64,000 bases of DNA. Source: Gammaproteobacteria bacterium. GTDB lineage: Bacteria; Pseudomonadota; Gammaproteobacteria; Eutrophobiales; Eutrophobiaceae. Both the position numbers and the translations under genes were made by a program. Shown in pieces: positions 1 to 9,833 of the stretch. A model generated the notes under the pieces. The model saw only the letters and a program-made list of their open reading frames with translations, searched no databases and was not told the origin of the DNA. How positions within the stretch are numbered: the stretch's first letter is position 1; each line of letters begins with the position of its first letter. Location: NCBI GenBank assembly GCA_965116495.1, contig OZ220696.1, forward strand, positions 1,248,001 through 1,312,000, given 5' to 3'.

Positions 1-2
1 TC

Positions 3-863
3 TGGCAACAGCACAAGGAGATACTACCCGCCGGCGCGGGTGCTGATGCCGCAATACAACTTGCCGCAGATGTCGACATTTGCGTTATCGGCGGTGAGGG
101 CCATCCGGACATGGAATGGAGTTTTGACCCGCTTGAACTTGTCGAGACCAATCCGCGCCTGGTGGTGGTCAACATCGAAGCCGCACCTGAAATCACAGGG
201 GAAGCGCCCCTGCCCGCGGACGAATTGCTTGCACAGGCCCGGTCTGGCTTCAGTTACGAACATTTCAGTGATCGACCTGTAATGTTCAACTTTCCGGTGG
301 CAACCTACGGGGCTGTTCTTAATGCCTTATTCGGCGTATTTGCCGCACTTGTCCACCGTGAGCAAAGCGGCGAGGGACAGGTGGTTTCCGTCTCGCTGGT
401 AGAAGGCGCTCTTGATGCATGCCGCTCCAGTTGGTTCACGGCTGAAAATCCAGACCGACATTTCATGGCTGCCGTCCCCAAGAACTCGCGCATGACCATA
501 TTCAGATGTGCCGACGGAAAATACGTCCACCTGATGATGGGAACGCCGGGGGCGAAGGAACGATTTTACAAGCTGCTTGATCTTAAACCCGGCGAATTCA
601 CCGATACACTCGATGACCGGGGTATGCCGACCGGCATGGGCGACCCATCCACGTTCTGGGGCGATATTGACGCATTCTCTATGCGGATTTCGAAGTACAA
701 CAGTGACGAATTTATCAAGTTGTTATGGGACAACGGGTTCCCATGCTCTCTCGCACAAAAACCAGGCGACTGCTGGGACGATGCCCAGGTTGCTGCCAAT
801 GAAATTCTTGAGACAGATGAAGCCGATCGTCAGTACGTGGGATTTCCACTCAAGGGGCTATAA
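3..863 (+). CDS. CoA-transferase family III (CaiB/BaiF) protein, 5'-truncated by the window edge; divergent subunit
   Basis: Frame is open from base 3 (WQQHKEILPAG...) into the 111..863 ORF. Family motifs: ELLAQARSG, ALVHREQSGEGQVVSVSL, IFRCADGKYV. Confidence 0.75.
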   Translation, partial: WQQHKEILPAGAGADAAIQLAADVDICVIGGEGHPDMEWSFDPLELVETNPRLVVVNIEAAPEITGEAPLPADELLAQARSGFSYEHFSDRPVMFNFPVATYGAVLNALFGVFAALVHREQSGEGQVVSVSLVEGALDACRSSWFTAENPDRHFMAAVPKNSRMTIFRCADGKYVHLMMGTPGAKERFYKLLDLKPGEFTDTLDDRGMPTGMGDPSTFWGDIDAFSMRISKYNSDEFIKLLWDNGFPCSLAQKPGDCWDDAQVAANEILETDEADRQYVGFPLKGL

Positions 864-909
864 CGTTGAAGCGATCATTATCACAGACGGCTAGCGAGGA
901 TGGTTCCCG

Positions 910-2067
910 GTGAATGCACCTTTGAAAGGACTGCGTATTGTTGACCTTGGCATGTATGTGGCCGGACCATATGCCTCGGTACCCATAGCGGACCTGGGCG
1001 CTGACGTCATCAAGATCGAACCCCTGACCGGTGACCCCAACCGGGTCATGTGGCGCCCGTTTGCCAGTTGTAACCGGGGCAAGCGGTCCATTCTCATCGA
1101 TCTGAAACAAGCGGGGGGAATCGAGATAGCCAAAAAAATCTGTATCGCTGCAGACGTGGTCTCCCACAATTTTCGGCCGGGAGTCGCCGAGCGCCTGGGA
1201 CTGGGATACGAACAACTCAGCAAACAAAACCCGGGGCTGACTTACATGGAATCCTGTGCCTACGGCGATACCGGTCCCATGTCAAAGATGCCGGGTTTCG
1301 ACATGATGATACAGGCCATGTGCGGCCTGGAAGCCCATTGCGGTGGTGAAGGTAATGAACCCCTGTGGATGCGCTGGGCGCCTGTTGATTTTACCTGTGC
1401 TTACCTGAGCACAATCGGTATGATGGCAGGGCATTACCGCAAGTTGCGATCGGGCAAGGGCAGCCGCGTTACCACGAATTTGCTCGACGCCGGGATATTC
1501 CTGTTCTCAGAGCTGCTGCGGGACGGCCGGGATAAGGCCAGCCAACTGGCGCAGATGAATTCCAGCATGACAGGCGTCCACCCGGCGCGCTCGATTTACC
1601 GGACACAGGATGGCTGGGTGGCGATCGTTGCACGAACCGATGAACAAGGTTTGGCCCTGGCAGAAGCGCTGGGCGCTGCAAAGGCATCCACTGCACTACC
1701 GGATGACTGGGGTGATGAAGAATACCAGGAAATATCAACCGCTGCGGCCCGCCACAATAACCGGGACCTGATTGCACTATTGAATGAGGCCGGTGTGTGG
1801 GCAGAGGCATGCCGCGACGATTTCAATGACACATTGTTTAACTCCGGGGCATGGAAAGATTCCGGATTGCTGCGCGAATACCCGCACGGAGAGCGCGGCA
1901 ACATCAAGCAGATAGGTAACTGCGTACGGTTTTCCGGCATGGAGCCTGACCTGGAAAGCACCGGCCGTGCGGCAATTCCGGGGGAGGACACCAGGGAAAT
2001 ACTTGCCGAATTCGATTATTCCGACGCACAGATCGACGATTTGTACAGCCGGAATATCGTTGCCTAG
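910..2067 (+). CDS. CoA-transferase family III (CaiB/BaiF)
   Basis: PLKGLRIVDL, LADLGADVIKIEP, NRGKRS, HNFRPG, catalytic Asp in GFDMMIQA. Confidence 0.93.
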   Translation: MNAPLKGLRIVDLGMYVAGPYASVPIADLGADVIKIEPLTGDPNRVMWRPFASCNRGKRSILIDLKQAGGIEIAKKICIAADVVSHNFRPGVAERLGLGYEQLSKQNPGLTYMESCAYGDTGPMSKMPGFDMMIQAMCGLEAHCGGEGNEPLWMRWAPVDFTCAYLSTIGMMAGHYRKLRSGKGSRVTTNLLDAGIFLFSELLRDGRDKASQLAQMNSSMTGVHPARSIYRTQDGWVAIVARTDEQGLALAEALGAAKASTALPDDWGDEEYQEISTAAARHNNRDLIALLNEAGVWAEACRDDFNDTLFNSGAWKDSGLLREYPHGERGNIKQIGNCVRFSGMEPDLESTGRAAIPGEDTREILAEFDYSDAQIDDLYSRNIVA

Positions 2068-2077
2068 GAGTTGTCAT

Positions 2078-3220
2078 TTGGGACCGCTGGAAGGCATTAG
2101 GGTCATCGAGATGGCAGGCATCGGGCCCGGCCCGTTCTGCGCAATGCTGCTTGCCGACCTGGGGGCAGACGTGGTACGCGTGGACCGCATGGCCGGTAAC
2201 AGCGATGCAGTTGATCGCGACACCCGCTTCCAGCTCATGAACCGTAACCGCCGCTCAATCAAAATGGATATCAAGAATCCCGAGGCGGTTGCCACCGTGC
2301 TCGACATGTGCCGGAACGCGGATGCGTTGCTGGAGGGGTTCCGGCCGGGCGTTATGGAGCGGTTGGGACTGGGTCCGGATGTATGCCTGGAAGCAAATCC
2401 CGCCCTGGTGTACGCACGCATGACGGGCTGGGGGCAGGACGGGCCTCTGTCCAGGCGGGCCGGGCACGACATCAATTACGTGGCTATCTCCGGTATCCTC
2501 AGCATGCTGGGGCGCAGTAATGAAAACCCCCTCCCCCCCCTGAACATCATCGGCGACATGGCAGGCGGCGGACTGTTGATGGCTTACGGCATAGTCTGCG
2601 CGCTACTGAATGCAAAACTGACCGGTAAAGGTCAAATCGTCGATACGGCCATGACCGAAGGATCGGCACTGATGGCGGCCGCAATTTATGGCCTTCGGGG
2701 TGCGGGAATCTGGCAGGACGAGCGGGGCGTCAATTTGCTTGACGGCGCCCCCCATTTTTACGATGTGTACGCAACTGCCGATGTTGGCTTCATGGCGGTT
2801 GGCGCAATCGAGCCGCAATTCTATGCCGAGCTGCTGGATGGCCTCGAACTGGACCCGGCCGACTTGCCCAAACAAATGGACAGCACGCACTGGCCGGAAA
2901 TGAAACGACGCTTCACGCACCTGTTCAGGCAAAAGACAAGAGACGAGTGGACCTCGATATTCGAGAACAAGGATGCCTGCGTTACCCCGGTTTTAAGTCT
3001 GACCGAAGCCGCTGAGCACCCCCACAACAGGCACCGGGGGACCTATGCAAGCCCGGATGGTGTACTGCAGGCAGTGCCTGCGCCCAAATTCAGCCGTACT
3101 CCCGGAGGCCTCGAGTCGCTTCCACCGCAACCCGGGGAGCACACGGAGTCCGTACTCCTGGCCTATGGCTTTGCGGACGCAGAGATCGCCAGGCTCAGGA
3201 GCGCCGGCGCAATCGGATAA
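2078..3220 (+). CDS. alpha-methylacyl-CoA racemase (AMACR/Mcr-like, CaiB/BaiF family)
   Basis: TTG start at 2078 after AGGAG. GPLEGIRVIEMAGIGPGP, catalytic GHDINY and GDMAGGG, GAIEPQFY. Confidence 0.88.
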   Translation: MGPLEGIRVIEMAGIGPGPFCAMLLADLGADVVRVDRMAGNSDAVDRDTRFQLMNRNRRSIKMDIKNPEAVATVLDMCRNADALLEGFRPGVMERLGLGPDVCLEANPALVYARMTGWGQDGPLSRRAGHDINYVAISGILSMLGRSNENPLPPLNIIGDMAGGGLLMAYGIVCALLNAKLTGKGQIVDTAMTEGSALMAAAIYGLRGAGIWQDERGVNLLDGAPHFYDVYATADVGFMAVGAIEPQFYAELLDGLELDPADLPKQMDSTHWPEMKRRFTHLFRQKTRDEWTSIFENKDACVTPVLSLTEAAEHPHNRHRGTYASPDGVLQAVPAPKFSRTPGGLESLPPQPGEHTESVLLAYGFADAEIARLRSAGAIG

Positions 3221-3229
3221 CGGCAAGGG

Positions 3230-3679
3230 TCAGTGTCCGCTTTTGGAATTATGAACATGCTTCAGGTACCAGTTGCCATCCTGTTTGATCCAGACGGAAG
3301 TGACGCGGGCAGTGTGCGGGGGCACATTGTTGTCTTTATCAGGGCGTTCTATCGTTCCGGTGCGATAATAGACGGCATAGGCCATGTTTCCGGATACATA
3401 GGTTTCGATATGCTGCAGGGCGACATTTACCGCAAGTCCGTTTTCAATAAGGTTTTTCAGCAGGTTGACCGGGATGTCGATTATAACTCCACCGCGGCTG
3501 GAAAACTCGGTAAACCCTTCAGGCAACAGATAGCCTTCGACGGTCTTGAAGTCACCATTATTCAAGGCCGTATAAAAGTCAGACACTGCCTGCTGGACCT
3601 CTTCCTTGTCAGCAGCGGCGCCGGGAAATGAAAATGTTAATGAAAGAAAGAAACCTGTGAGCAGCTTTTTCAATTTCAA
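3230..3679 (-). CDS. secreted NTF2/SnoaL-like (DUF4440-type) protein
   Basis: Signal peptide (MKLKKLL...PGAAA), FYTALNNGD start and RVTSVWIKQDGNWYLKHVHNS end, typical of the NTF2-like fold. Confidence 0.75.
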   Translation of the reverse strand: MKLKKLLTGFFLSLTFSFPGAAADKEEVQQAVSDFYTALNNGDFKTVEGYLLPEGFTEFSSRGGVIIDIPVNLLKNLIENGLAVNVALQHIETYVSGNMAYAVYYRTGTIERPDKDNNVPPHTARVTSVWIKQDGNWYLKHVHNSKSGH

Positions 3680-3797
3680 CCCCTATTGTCGGCCTCGCTC
3701 CAGAATAGCCATTGAATGCAGGGAATACAAGGAAGAGGCTAAGCATTATACCCGGGGTGTAACAAATGATCGGTAGCGACACAGTAGTTTTACAGAC

Positions 3798-4547
3798 ATG
3801 AATAAGCAATTACAAACCTTGCCGGACAAACAGGCCATTGGTGAAATGATGTGTGTCTGGGCGGGGTTCGTCAGTATTACGCTCTTTGTAATTACATGGA
3901 TAGTCGCTGTGGAATGGCTATTTCCGCCACCGCCAGACTTGAACGCGACTGAAATAACGGATGTATACCTGAAAAATACAATCGGGATAAAAATTGGCAC
4001 TGCGGTAATAACCAATTTTGCCGCACCGTTAACACTCGTATTTGCGGCAATTATCACAATTTACATGTTGCGAATGAAAGGCCCATCTCCCGTACTTGCG
4101 TATATTAACCTCGCTACCTCAGCCATACAGGTATTGATCTTTATTATCCCGACGGAAATTTTTGCAGCGACGGCATTTCGTCTCGACAGGAACCAGGAGA
4201 TTACCCAGTTTGGCAATGACCTGGGCTGGCTAATTTTTGACAACGTGGTGGGCCCAACCCAGGTGCAGTGGCTGGCGATTGCCCTGGCAATCCTTTGGGA
4301 TAAGAGTGAGCAGCCACTATTTCCCCGTTGGTTTGCCTGGTTCAACATATGGGGCGCCACGGTTATCCTGCTTAATAATCTTGTCCTCTTTTTTAAGACC
4401 GGGCCCTTTGCCTGGAATGGTTTACTCGGCTGGTGGCCAGGCGCCGGTATATTTTGTTTGTGGTACTACGTCGCTTTTTATGTCATGTTCAAGGCAGTGC
4501 AAAAGCACCATCGTCTAATCGCAAATCAAACAACGCATAAAAACTGA
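3798..4547 (+). CDS. uncharacterised integral membrane protein (GPFAWNG family), paralog of 48432..49136
   Basis: About 6 hydrophobic segments; shares FPP, NDLGW, LFPRW, GPFAWNG with the paralog. Confidence 0.8.
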   Translation: MNKQLQTLPDKQAIGEMMCVWAGFVSITLFVITWIVAVEWLFPPPPDLNATEITDVYLKNTIGIKIGTAVITNFAAPLTLVFAAIITIYMLRMKGPSPVLAYINLATSAIQVLIFIIPTEIFAATAFRLDRNQEITQFGNDLGWLIFDNVVGPTQVQWLAIALAILWDKSEQPLFPRWFAWFNIWGATVILLNNLVLFFKTGPFAWNGLLGWWPGAGIFCLWYYVAFYVMFKAVQKHHRLIANQTTHKN

Positions 4548-4676
4548 AGCTTAAGGAAAATATATAAATGTTTCGCCTGTAGTACGCATACCCACCTCTT
4601 TTTTCGAGTAGTTTCCCGACTCTTGAAATCGGCAACAGCCTGGTCTTTTAATGTTCGGGGATTATATCCGTCACTA

Positions 4677-4694
4677 ATATAACAAATGCTATAT
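4677..4694. promoter_or_regulatory. palindromic operator copy (ATATAACAAATGCTATAT)
   Basis: 16/18 match to ATATAGCATATGCTATAT, upstream of the GST. Confidence 0.75.
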
Positions 4695-4739
4695 AATATT
4701 CCATCACTCGGTGAAAATAAGCAAAGTGACATTGCTCTC

Positions 4740-4757
4740 ATAGAGCATTTGATATAT
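4740..4757. promoter_or_regulatory. degenerate operator copy (ATAGAGCATTTGATATAT)
   Basis: 15/18 match, 10 bp before the GST start. Confidence 0.55.
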
Positions 4758-4767
4758 TATTGTCCAG

Positions 4768-5385
4768 ATGAATGGAAGCACGATTATAAAGATATACGGT
4801 TCTGTCCTGTCTCGTGCGAATCGATGCCTATGGGTGCTTGAAGAGCTGGGGCTGGATTACGAACACGTAAACATTGACCCCCGGTCCGGGGAAACCCGGT
4901 CGGCAGCATACCTGGCGCTGAATCCAAGCGGTAAGGTTCCGGTTATGGTGGAAGAAAAGTTTGTCCTGACCGAATCCATGGCCATTACCCGCTATCTTGC
5001 CGGCAAGTTACCCACACGGTTATTGCCGGCCGATCCCGTGTCGCGGGCTAAGATTGATCAATGGACCCTCTGGGCCGTCACCGAAGTCGAACCATTTGCC
5101 ACTTTGGTGGTACGGGAAAAGAGACTTGGCGACTCAGCTGATCCGGGCCTCACCGGCAAATGCAAAGAACATGTAAGCAAGGCGCTTGAAACTATCGAAT
5201 CCTGCCTGACGGACAGCGGTGATTATTTAATGGGCGACAATTTCTGCCTGGCGGATCTGAATGTCGCCGCTGTGGTCTATATGGTCCCCGTGATCGGAAT
5301 CGATATGGAGACAGCGCCGAGGACTTCCGCATGGTTGCAACGCTGTCTGAAGCGTCCCGCCTGGCTCAAGCTCCAGGACCTGTAG
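4768..5385 (+). CDS. glutathione S-transferase
   Basis: SRANRCLWVLEELGLDY, LNPSGKVP, LTESMAI, YLMGDNFCLADL. Confidence 0.93.
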   Translation: MNGSTIIKIYGSVLSRANRCLWVLEELGLDYEHVNIDPRSGETRSAAYLALNPSGKVPVMVEEKFVLTESMAITRYLAGKLPTRLLPADPVSRAKIDQWTLWAVTEVEPFATLVVREKRLGDSADPGLTGKCKEHVSKALETIESCLTDSGDYLMGDNFCLADLNVAAVVYMVPVIGIDMETAPRTSAWLQRCLKRPAWLKLQDL

Positions 5386-5446
5386 CACTTGCAGCACGCC
5401 TCGTTATGAGTCCCCCTGCGAAAAAACAATGACTCGGGAGGGAGTT

Positions 5447-6283
5447 ATGCCTGAATATAATCTTGCGGGTAAACGAGTCATCGTCACAGGCGCCGCCCGG
5501 GGGCTTGGGCGGCCCGTCGCGATCGCTTATGTCAAGGCAGGGGCTCAGGTCTTGTTTACCGCGACTGACAAACAGATGCTCGATGAAGCTCGGGAAGATA
5601 GTGGCGGCAGCCCTGACCAGGCGATTGCTCTGGCTGCTGACCTGACGGACCAAACCAGCATCCAGCGTATTGTTGCCACTGCCAGAGAGACTTTCGGCGG
5701 GGTTGATGTTTTATTCAATAATGCCGGTTTGTCGACCACTGCTATTCGGCCGGATTTTTTTCGAAATCCGTTAAAGTTCTGGGAAGTCGACGATGAGGAC
5801 TATCGCCGGTTTTTCGAGGTCAATACTTTGTCGGCACTTGAATTGTCATGCCTGGTGGCACCCGAAATGATGGCCAGGGGGTGGGGACGCATAGTCTGTA
5901 ACACCACCAGCCTTGACACCATGTTACGGCCTGGAAATACCCCCTATGGCGGCTCCAAGGCTGCATTGGAAGCGATGACGGCCTGTATGGCGGGAGACCT
6001 GGAAGGTACCGGTGTTACTGCGAATATATTGGTACCTGGCGGCCCGGCAAATACACAAATGATTCCTGAAGATATGGGGCTGCCCAAGGATCAGTTAATC
6101 AGCGCAGACTGTTTGGTTGGGCCGGCATTATGGCTGGCTTCTGATTTTTCTGACGGGGTGACCGCCTGCCGTTTTAGAGGTGTTGCCTGGGACAGTAATG
6201 CTTCTTTGGATGAAGCTTTGGCCGAATCTAAAGCGCCCATTGCCTGGACCGGGTTCGGCGCACAGGCGATTATACCTGACTGA
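5447..6283 (+). CDS. short-chain dehydrogenase/reductase (SDR)
   Basis: TGAARGLG, NNAG, YGGSK; ATG at 5447 follows GGGAGGGAG. Confidence 0.9.
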   Translation: MPEYNLAGKRVIVTGAARGLGRPVAIAYVKAGAQVLFTATDKQMLDEAREDSGGSPDQAIALAADLTDQTSIQRIVATARETFGGVDVLFNNAGLSTTAIRPDFFRNPLKFWEVDDEDYRRFFEVNTLSALELSCLVAPEMMARGWGRIVCNTTSLDTMLRPGNTPYGGSKAALEAMTACMAGDLEGTGVTANILVPGGPANTQMIPEDMGLPKDQLISADCLVGPALWLASDFSDGVTACRFRGVAWDSNASLDEALAESKAPIAWTGFGAQAIIPD

Positions 6284-6383
6284 GTTATTTACCTGTTCCT
6301 AATAACAAAGCAGAACACAAATCACGAACCTGCGGCAAATGGGCTGTTGAAAGCGGCAACACTTTATCAGAGGGACCTGGAAA

Positions 6384-7373
6384 TCATGTAATTGCCCTGG
6401 TGGGACGGATCCGCTCCAGCCAGCCGTAGCCCGTTTCACCATCCCAGGTATAGATAGCGGGACATTCTATGGCCGTCATGTACCCGGCATTCGAAAGATC
6501 GAGACCGGGTCTCAGGCCCGTTGGCGGCAGCAGGTTGAACGGTACGAACCGGGCATTCGGCACTTCACACTTGAGCTCCGCCTGTCCGGCATCCGTTTGC
6601 AGTCGCACCACTCCGATATGTGGGTTGCCGGCGGTATCCACCAGGTCGGGATAGCAATCGGAGGCGGCAATCCGCATCTGTCCTTTTTCAAATACCTGAC
6701 CCTTCAATATCTGCACTTCCTGCCGGCTGACCTGCAACAGGCTGAAAACCTTTCCGCTGGGAAAGGCGCAATGTGCCCAGGTTTCGGAGTCCAGGGTCCT
6801 GAACGTTCGACGGCTGACCGAGTGATCGCGATAGCCGGTACAGCTGACCTCGATACGTTTACCTCCAATAACAAAGTATCCCCTGACCAGGGCACCCTGT
6901 TCCAGGTGCATACGTTCCGAGCCCAGGTTGGAATCGTGCATATTGTAAACAGGTTGGACTGCATCATAGACCAGGTGATACGACACGGCTTCTGACGGTT
7001 CGACACCAATCGGGCGCGTACGTAGCACGTTGGCATCCGCCCGCTGCATGGTGCCTTCAAAGCGGTATTGCCATACCTTGTTGGCGATGATCGGTTTACA
7101 TTCGTATTCACTGTTTCGCGCCTGGCTTGTGTTGACGCCCAGGCTGCGATTGACCAGCACCCCGCCTTCCGGCAGAAAGACCAGGGACAAGCCTTCCCAC
7201 ATGGACCGGTCCGGCTGCATCCGTCCCATATGACCATACAGGCAAATGCCGGTGCCGGGGTCGTGCATGGTCCAGCAAATATTCTCCGTCCAGTCAGGCT
7301 TATCTGACGGGATTTCGGTGCGGATCAGATCAATGGCAATGTCGACCTTGTTGTGTAATTCTGTACTGTTCAT
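6384..7373 (-). CDS. uncharacterised GYRDHS-motif protein (AttH/tocopherol-cyclase-like beta fold; DUF7064/7065-like), paralog 1
   Basis: WTEN, HLEQG, GYRDHS and C-terminal GYGWLE shared with 9834..10838 and 55571..56554; family name is from recall, not verified. Confidence 0.7.
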   Translation of the reverse strand: MNSTELHNKVDIAIDLIRTEIPSDKPDWTENICWTMHDPGTGICLYGHMGRMQPDRSMWEGLSLVFLPEGGVLVNRSLGVNTSQARNSEYECKPIIANKVWQYRFEGTMQRADANVLRTRPIGVEPSEAVSYHLVYDAVQPVYNMHDSNLGSERMHLEQGALVRGYFVIGGKRIEVSCTGYRDHSVSRRTFRTLDSETWAHCAFPSGKVFSLLQVSRQEVQILKGQVFEKGQMRIAASDCYPDLVDTAGNPHIGVVRLQTDAGQAELKCEVPNARFVPFNLLPPTGLRPGLDLSNAGYMTAIECPAIYTWDGETGYGWLERIRPTRAIT

Positions 7374-7442
7374 CTGGATTAGACTTGTACTCCGTTATTT
7401 AAATAACAGTTTATTTGTTACTGACAGATCCTGACATCCCGC

Positions 7443-7471
7443 TTGACCGCGAGTATAGCATATGCTATATT
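7443..7471 (+). promoter_or_regulatory. sigma70-like promoter overlapped by operator GTATAGCATATGCTATAT (7453-7470)
   Basis: TTGACC (7443-7448), 17 bp spacer, TATATT (7466-7471); 17/18 operator match between divergent genes. Confidence 0.8.
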
Positions 7472-7543
7472 TAATAAACGGCGGGACCAATCAGCGCATC
7501 CTCCACCGGACTTTATTTTACATGGCTTTCCCGGAGACAACTG

Positions 7544-8317
7544 ATGAACCATATCGAGACCTACGCGAAATTTGGCATCCACGAAGGCTGCCTGACTGAG
7601 TTCCAGTCCCGTGTCAAAACCCTGGTTGATGTGGTGAAGGAGAAGGACCCCGGCACGCTGCGTTACGACTGGTTTATCAATAGCGATAAAATGGAGTGTG
7701 TGGCAATGGACGCCTACATCGATGAGGAATCCATGTACGCCCACCAGAGAAATGCCGCAAAGTATATGGGGGCGGTGCTGGAATGCTCGGATATATCTGT
7801 CGTATTCCTGGGCCTGCCTTCTGAACCCGCGCGTGAAAAAATCATGAAATTCAAGCCCCGTCTGTTTGATTTCCATAGCGGTCTGGGAAACGAGTCAGCC
7901 GCTTCAGGATTTTCACCCGTTGAGATACCCGGCGGCAGCAGTCACATCGAGGTATACGCCCAATTCACCGTTGAACCGGAGCATTATGATTTATTCAAAC
8001 AAACCGCTTCAGAACTCCTTGAAATTGTAAAACGGGATGATTTGGAGACGCTACGTTACGACTGGTTCTACGATGATGAAAACTGTCAGTGCACTACCAT
8101 GGATATCTATAAGGACGCGGAAGGCATGTTCTCCCATATGAAAAACGCCCATGAAAAGCACAGCGAACTCATGCGGTTCTCCACTCTCTATACTGAATTT
8201 CTGGGCGAACTGCCGGAGCAGGCCCGGTCAGCGGTCGCGAAGTATGACCCGAATATCCTGCCGTTTTTTAAAGGACTGAACTCCTGCTCCTCGGGAGGGC
8301 TAAACCGGGCAGGTTAA
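7544..8317 (+). CDS. tandem ABM-domain (putative quinol monooxygenase-like) protein
   Basis: Internal duplication: HIETYAKF...TLRYDWF...YIDEESMYAH and HIEVYAQF...TLRYDWF...YKDAEGMFSH. Confidence 0.8.
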   Translation: MNHIETYAKFGIHEGCLTEFQSRVKTLVDVVKEKDPGTLRYDWFINSDKMECVAMDAYIDEESMYAHQRNAAKYMGAVLECSDISVVFLGLPSEPAREKIMKFKPRLFDFHSGLGNESAASGFSPVEIPGGSSHIEVYAQFTVEPEHYDLFKQTASELLEIVKRDDLETLRYDWFYDDENCQCTTMDIYKDAEGMFSHMKNAHEKHSELMRFSTLYTEFLGELPEQARSAVAKYDPNILPFFKGLNSCSSGGLNRAG

Positions 8318-8379
8318 ATGGTCTGTTAAAATTACTGTCACTTTACAGCAACCTTGAGGTAAGCACAGGTAAAACGAAT

Positions 8380-9789
8380 ATGGAAAATTTTCAATTATTG
8401 ATTAATGGGAAACTCACTCCCGGCGCTTCCAGCATGGATGTTATCAATCCGGCAAACGGTCAGGTTATCGCCGAATGCCCCCGGGCGGATGAAAATCAGC
8501 TTAATGCAGCCGTGGCAGCGGCTAAAGCAGCTTTTCCCGCCTGGTCAATGCTGGATATCGGAGACAGGCGCCAAAAATTGATGGCCATCGCTGACGGTCT
8601 TGAGGCAAAGACCGGGCAGTTCGCGTCATTGCTGACAGCAGAGCAAGGCAAGCCGATTAAAGAGGCGACTGAAGAAATTATCGGGACGTCGATGATGATG
8701 CGGGCGCTTGCGAGCATGGAATTGCCGGAAAAAGTTGTGATGGACGATGAATCAGGAAAATTTATCGAGCATCGCTCACCACTAGGCGTAGTGGCCGCGA
8801 TTACGCCCTGGAATATGCCGGTAACCCTGCTGGCAATTAAAATGACGTCGGCCCTGCTCACCGGCAATACCGTGGTGGCAAAACCGGCTCCCACCACCCC
8901 GCTGACTTCATTGTTATTCGCAGAAATGGCGGACGCGCATCTGCCCCCGGGCGTGTTTAATATTATCACTGACCGGAACGACCTGGGTACGGCCCTCACA
9001 CGTCATCCGGACGTGGCAAAAATTTCCTTCACAGGTTCTTGCGCTACCGGAAAGAAGGTAATGGAAAGTGGTTCACAAAGCCTGAAGCGGGTTACTCTCG
9101 AACTTGGGGGAAACGATGCTGCGATCGTGCTTGACGACGTCGACCCCAGGGATGTTGCGGCGAAACTTTTCGCCGGCGCCATGTTCAACTGTGGCCAGAT
9201 TTGCCTCGCCACCAAGCGAGCCTATGTCCCTGCATCTATCTATGACGAGGTCTGCGATGAACTGGCTCGCATGGCCAATGAAACCAGGGTAGGAGACGGC
9301 AGCCAGCCTGATACCGAGATGGGTCCTGTCCAGAATAAGATGCAATTCGAAAAGGTGAAAGACTTAATCGAATCCGCGAAGGCGGAAGGGACAATCATCG
9401 CCGGTGGTGAAACCATGGATGGCCCCGGTTACTTCATTCGCCCCACGATAGTCCGTGATGTCGACGAGGATGCACGTATCGTTAAGGAGGAACAGTTTGG
9501 GCCGGTTCTGCCGGTTCTCCGCTACGATGATCTGGAAGACGCCATCGCCAGGGCAAATGACACGCACTACGGCCTGGGTGGTACGGTCTGGACCTCCGAT
9601 GCAACACGAGGCGCCGAGGTCGCCAGGCAAATCCACACCGGCATCTGCTGGGTGAATGCCCATCTGGCTGTCCATCCTGCTGTCTCGGTAGGCGGCGCCA
9701 AACAATCCGGCCACGGCACGGAACTGGGCGCTGAAGGCCTGGAAGAATTCACGCAACGCCACATTGTCTACGTCGCCAAGCAGGGCTAG
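8380..9789 (+). CDS. NAD(P)-dependent aldehyde dehydrogenase
   Basis: ITPWN, FTGS, LELGGND, catalytic Cys in GQIC, EQFGP. Confidence 0.95.
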   Translation: MENFQLLINGKLTPGASSMDVINPANGQVIAECPRADENQLNAAVAAAKAAFPAWSMLDIGDRRQKLMAIADGLEAKTGQFASLLTAEQGKPIKEATEEIIGTSMMMRALASMELPEKVVMDDESGKFIEHRSPLGVVAAITPWNMPVTLLAIKMTSALLTGNTVVAKPAPTTPLTSLLFAEMADAHLPPGVFNIITDRNDLGTALTRHPDVAKISFTGSCATGKKVMESGSQSLKRVTLELGGNDAAIVLDDVDPRDVAAKLFAGAMFNCGQICLATKRAYVPASIYDEVCDELARMANETRVGDGSQPDTEMGPVQNKMQFEKVKDLIESAKAEGTIIAGGETMDGPGYFIRPTIVRDVDEDARIVKEEQFGPVLPVLRYDDLEDAIARANDTHYGLGGTVWTSDATRGAEVARQIHTGICWVNAHLAVHPAVSVGGAKQSGHGTELGAEGLEEFTQRHIVYVAKQG

Positions 9790-9833
9790 TCACTCAACTC
9801 CGGAGTTGCCCAACACGCAATGGGTGGACCAGG

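Noticed and set aside
1967-2077. N-terminal extension of the racemase ORF
   Set aside because: Overlaps the upstream gene; TTG at 2078 with AGGAG gives the family-typical start.
3680-3797. Expected operator in this divergent intergenic region
   Set aside because: The best candidate (GTGTAACAAATGATCGGT) is too degenerate to count.
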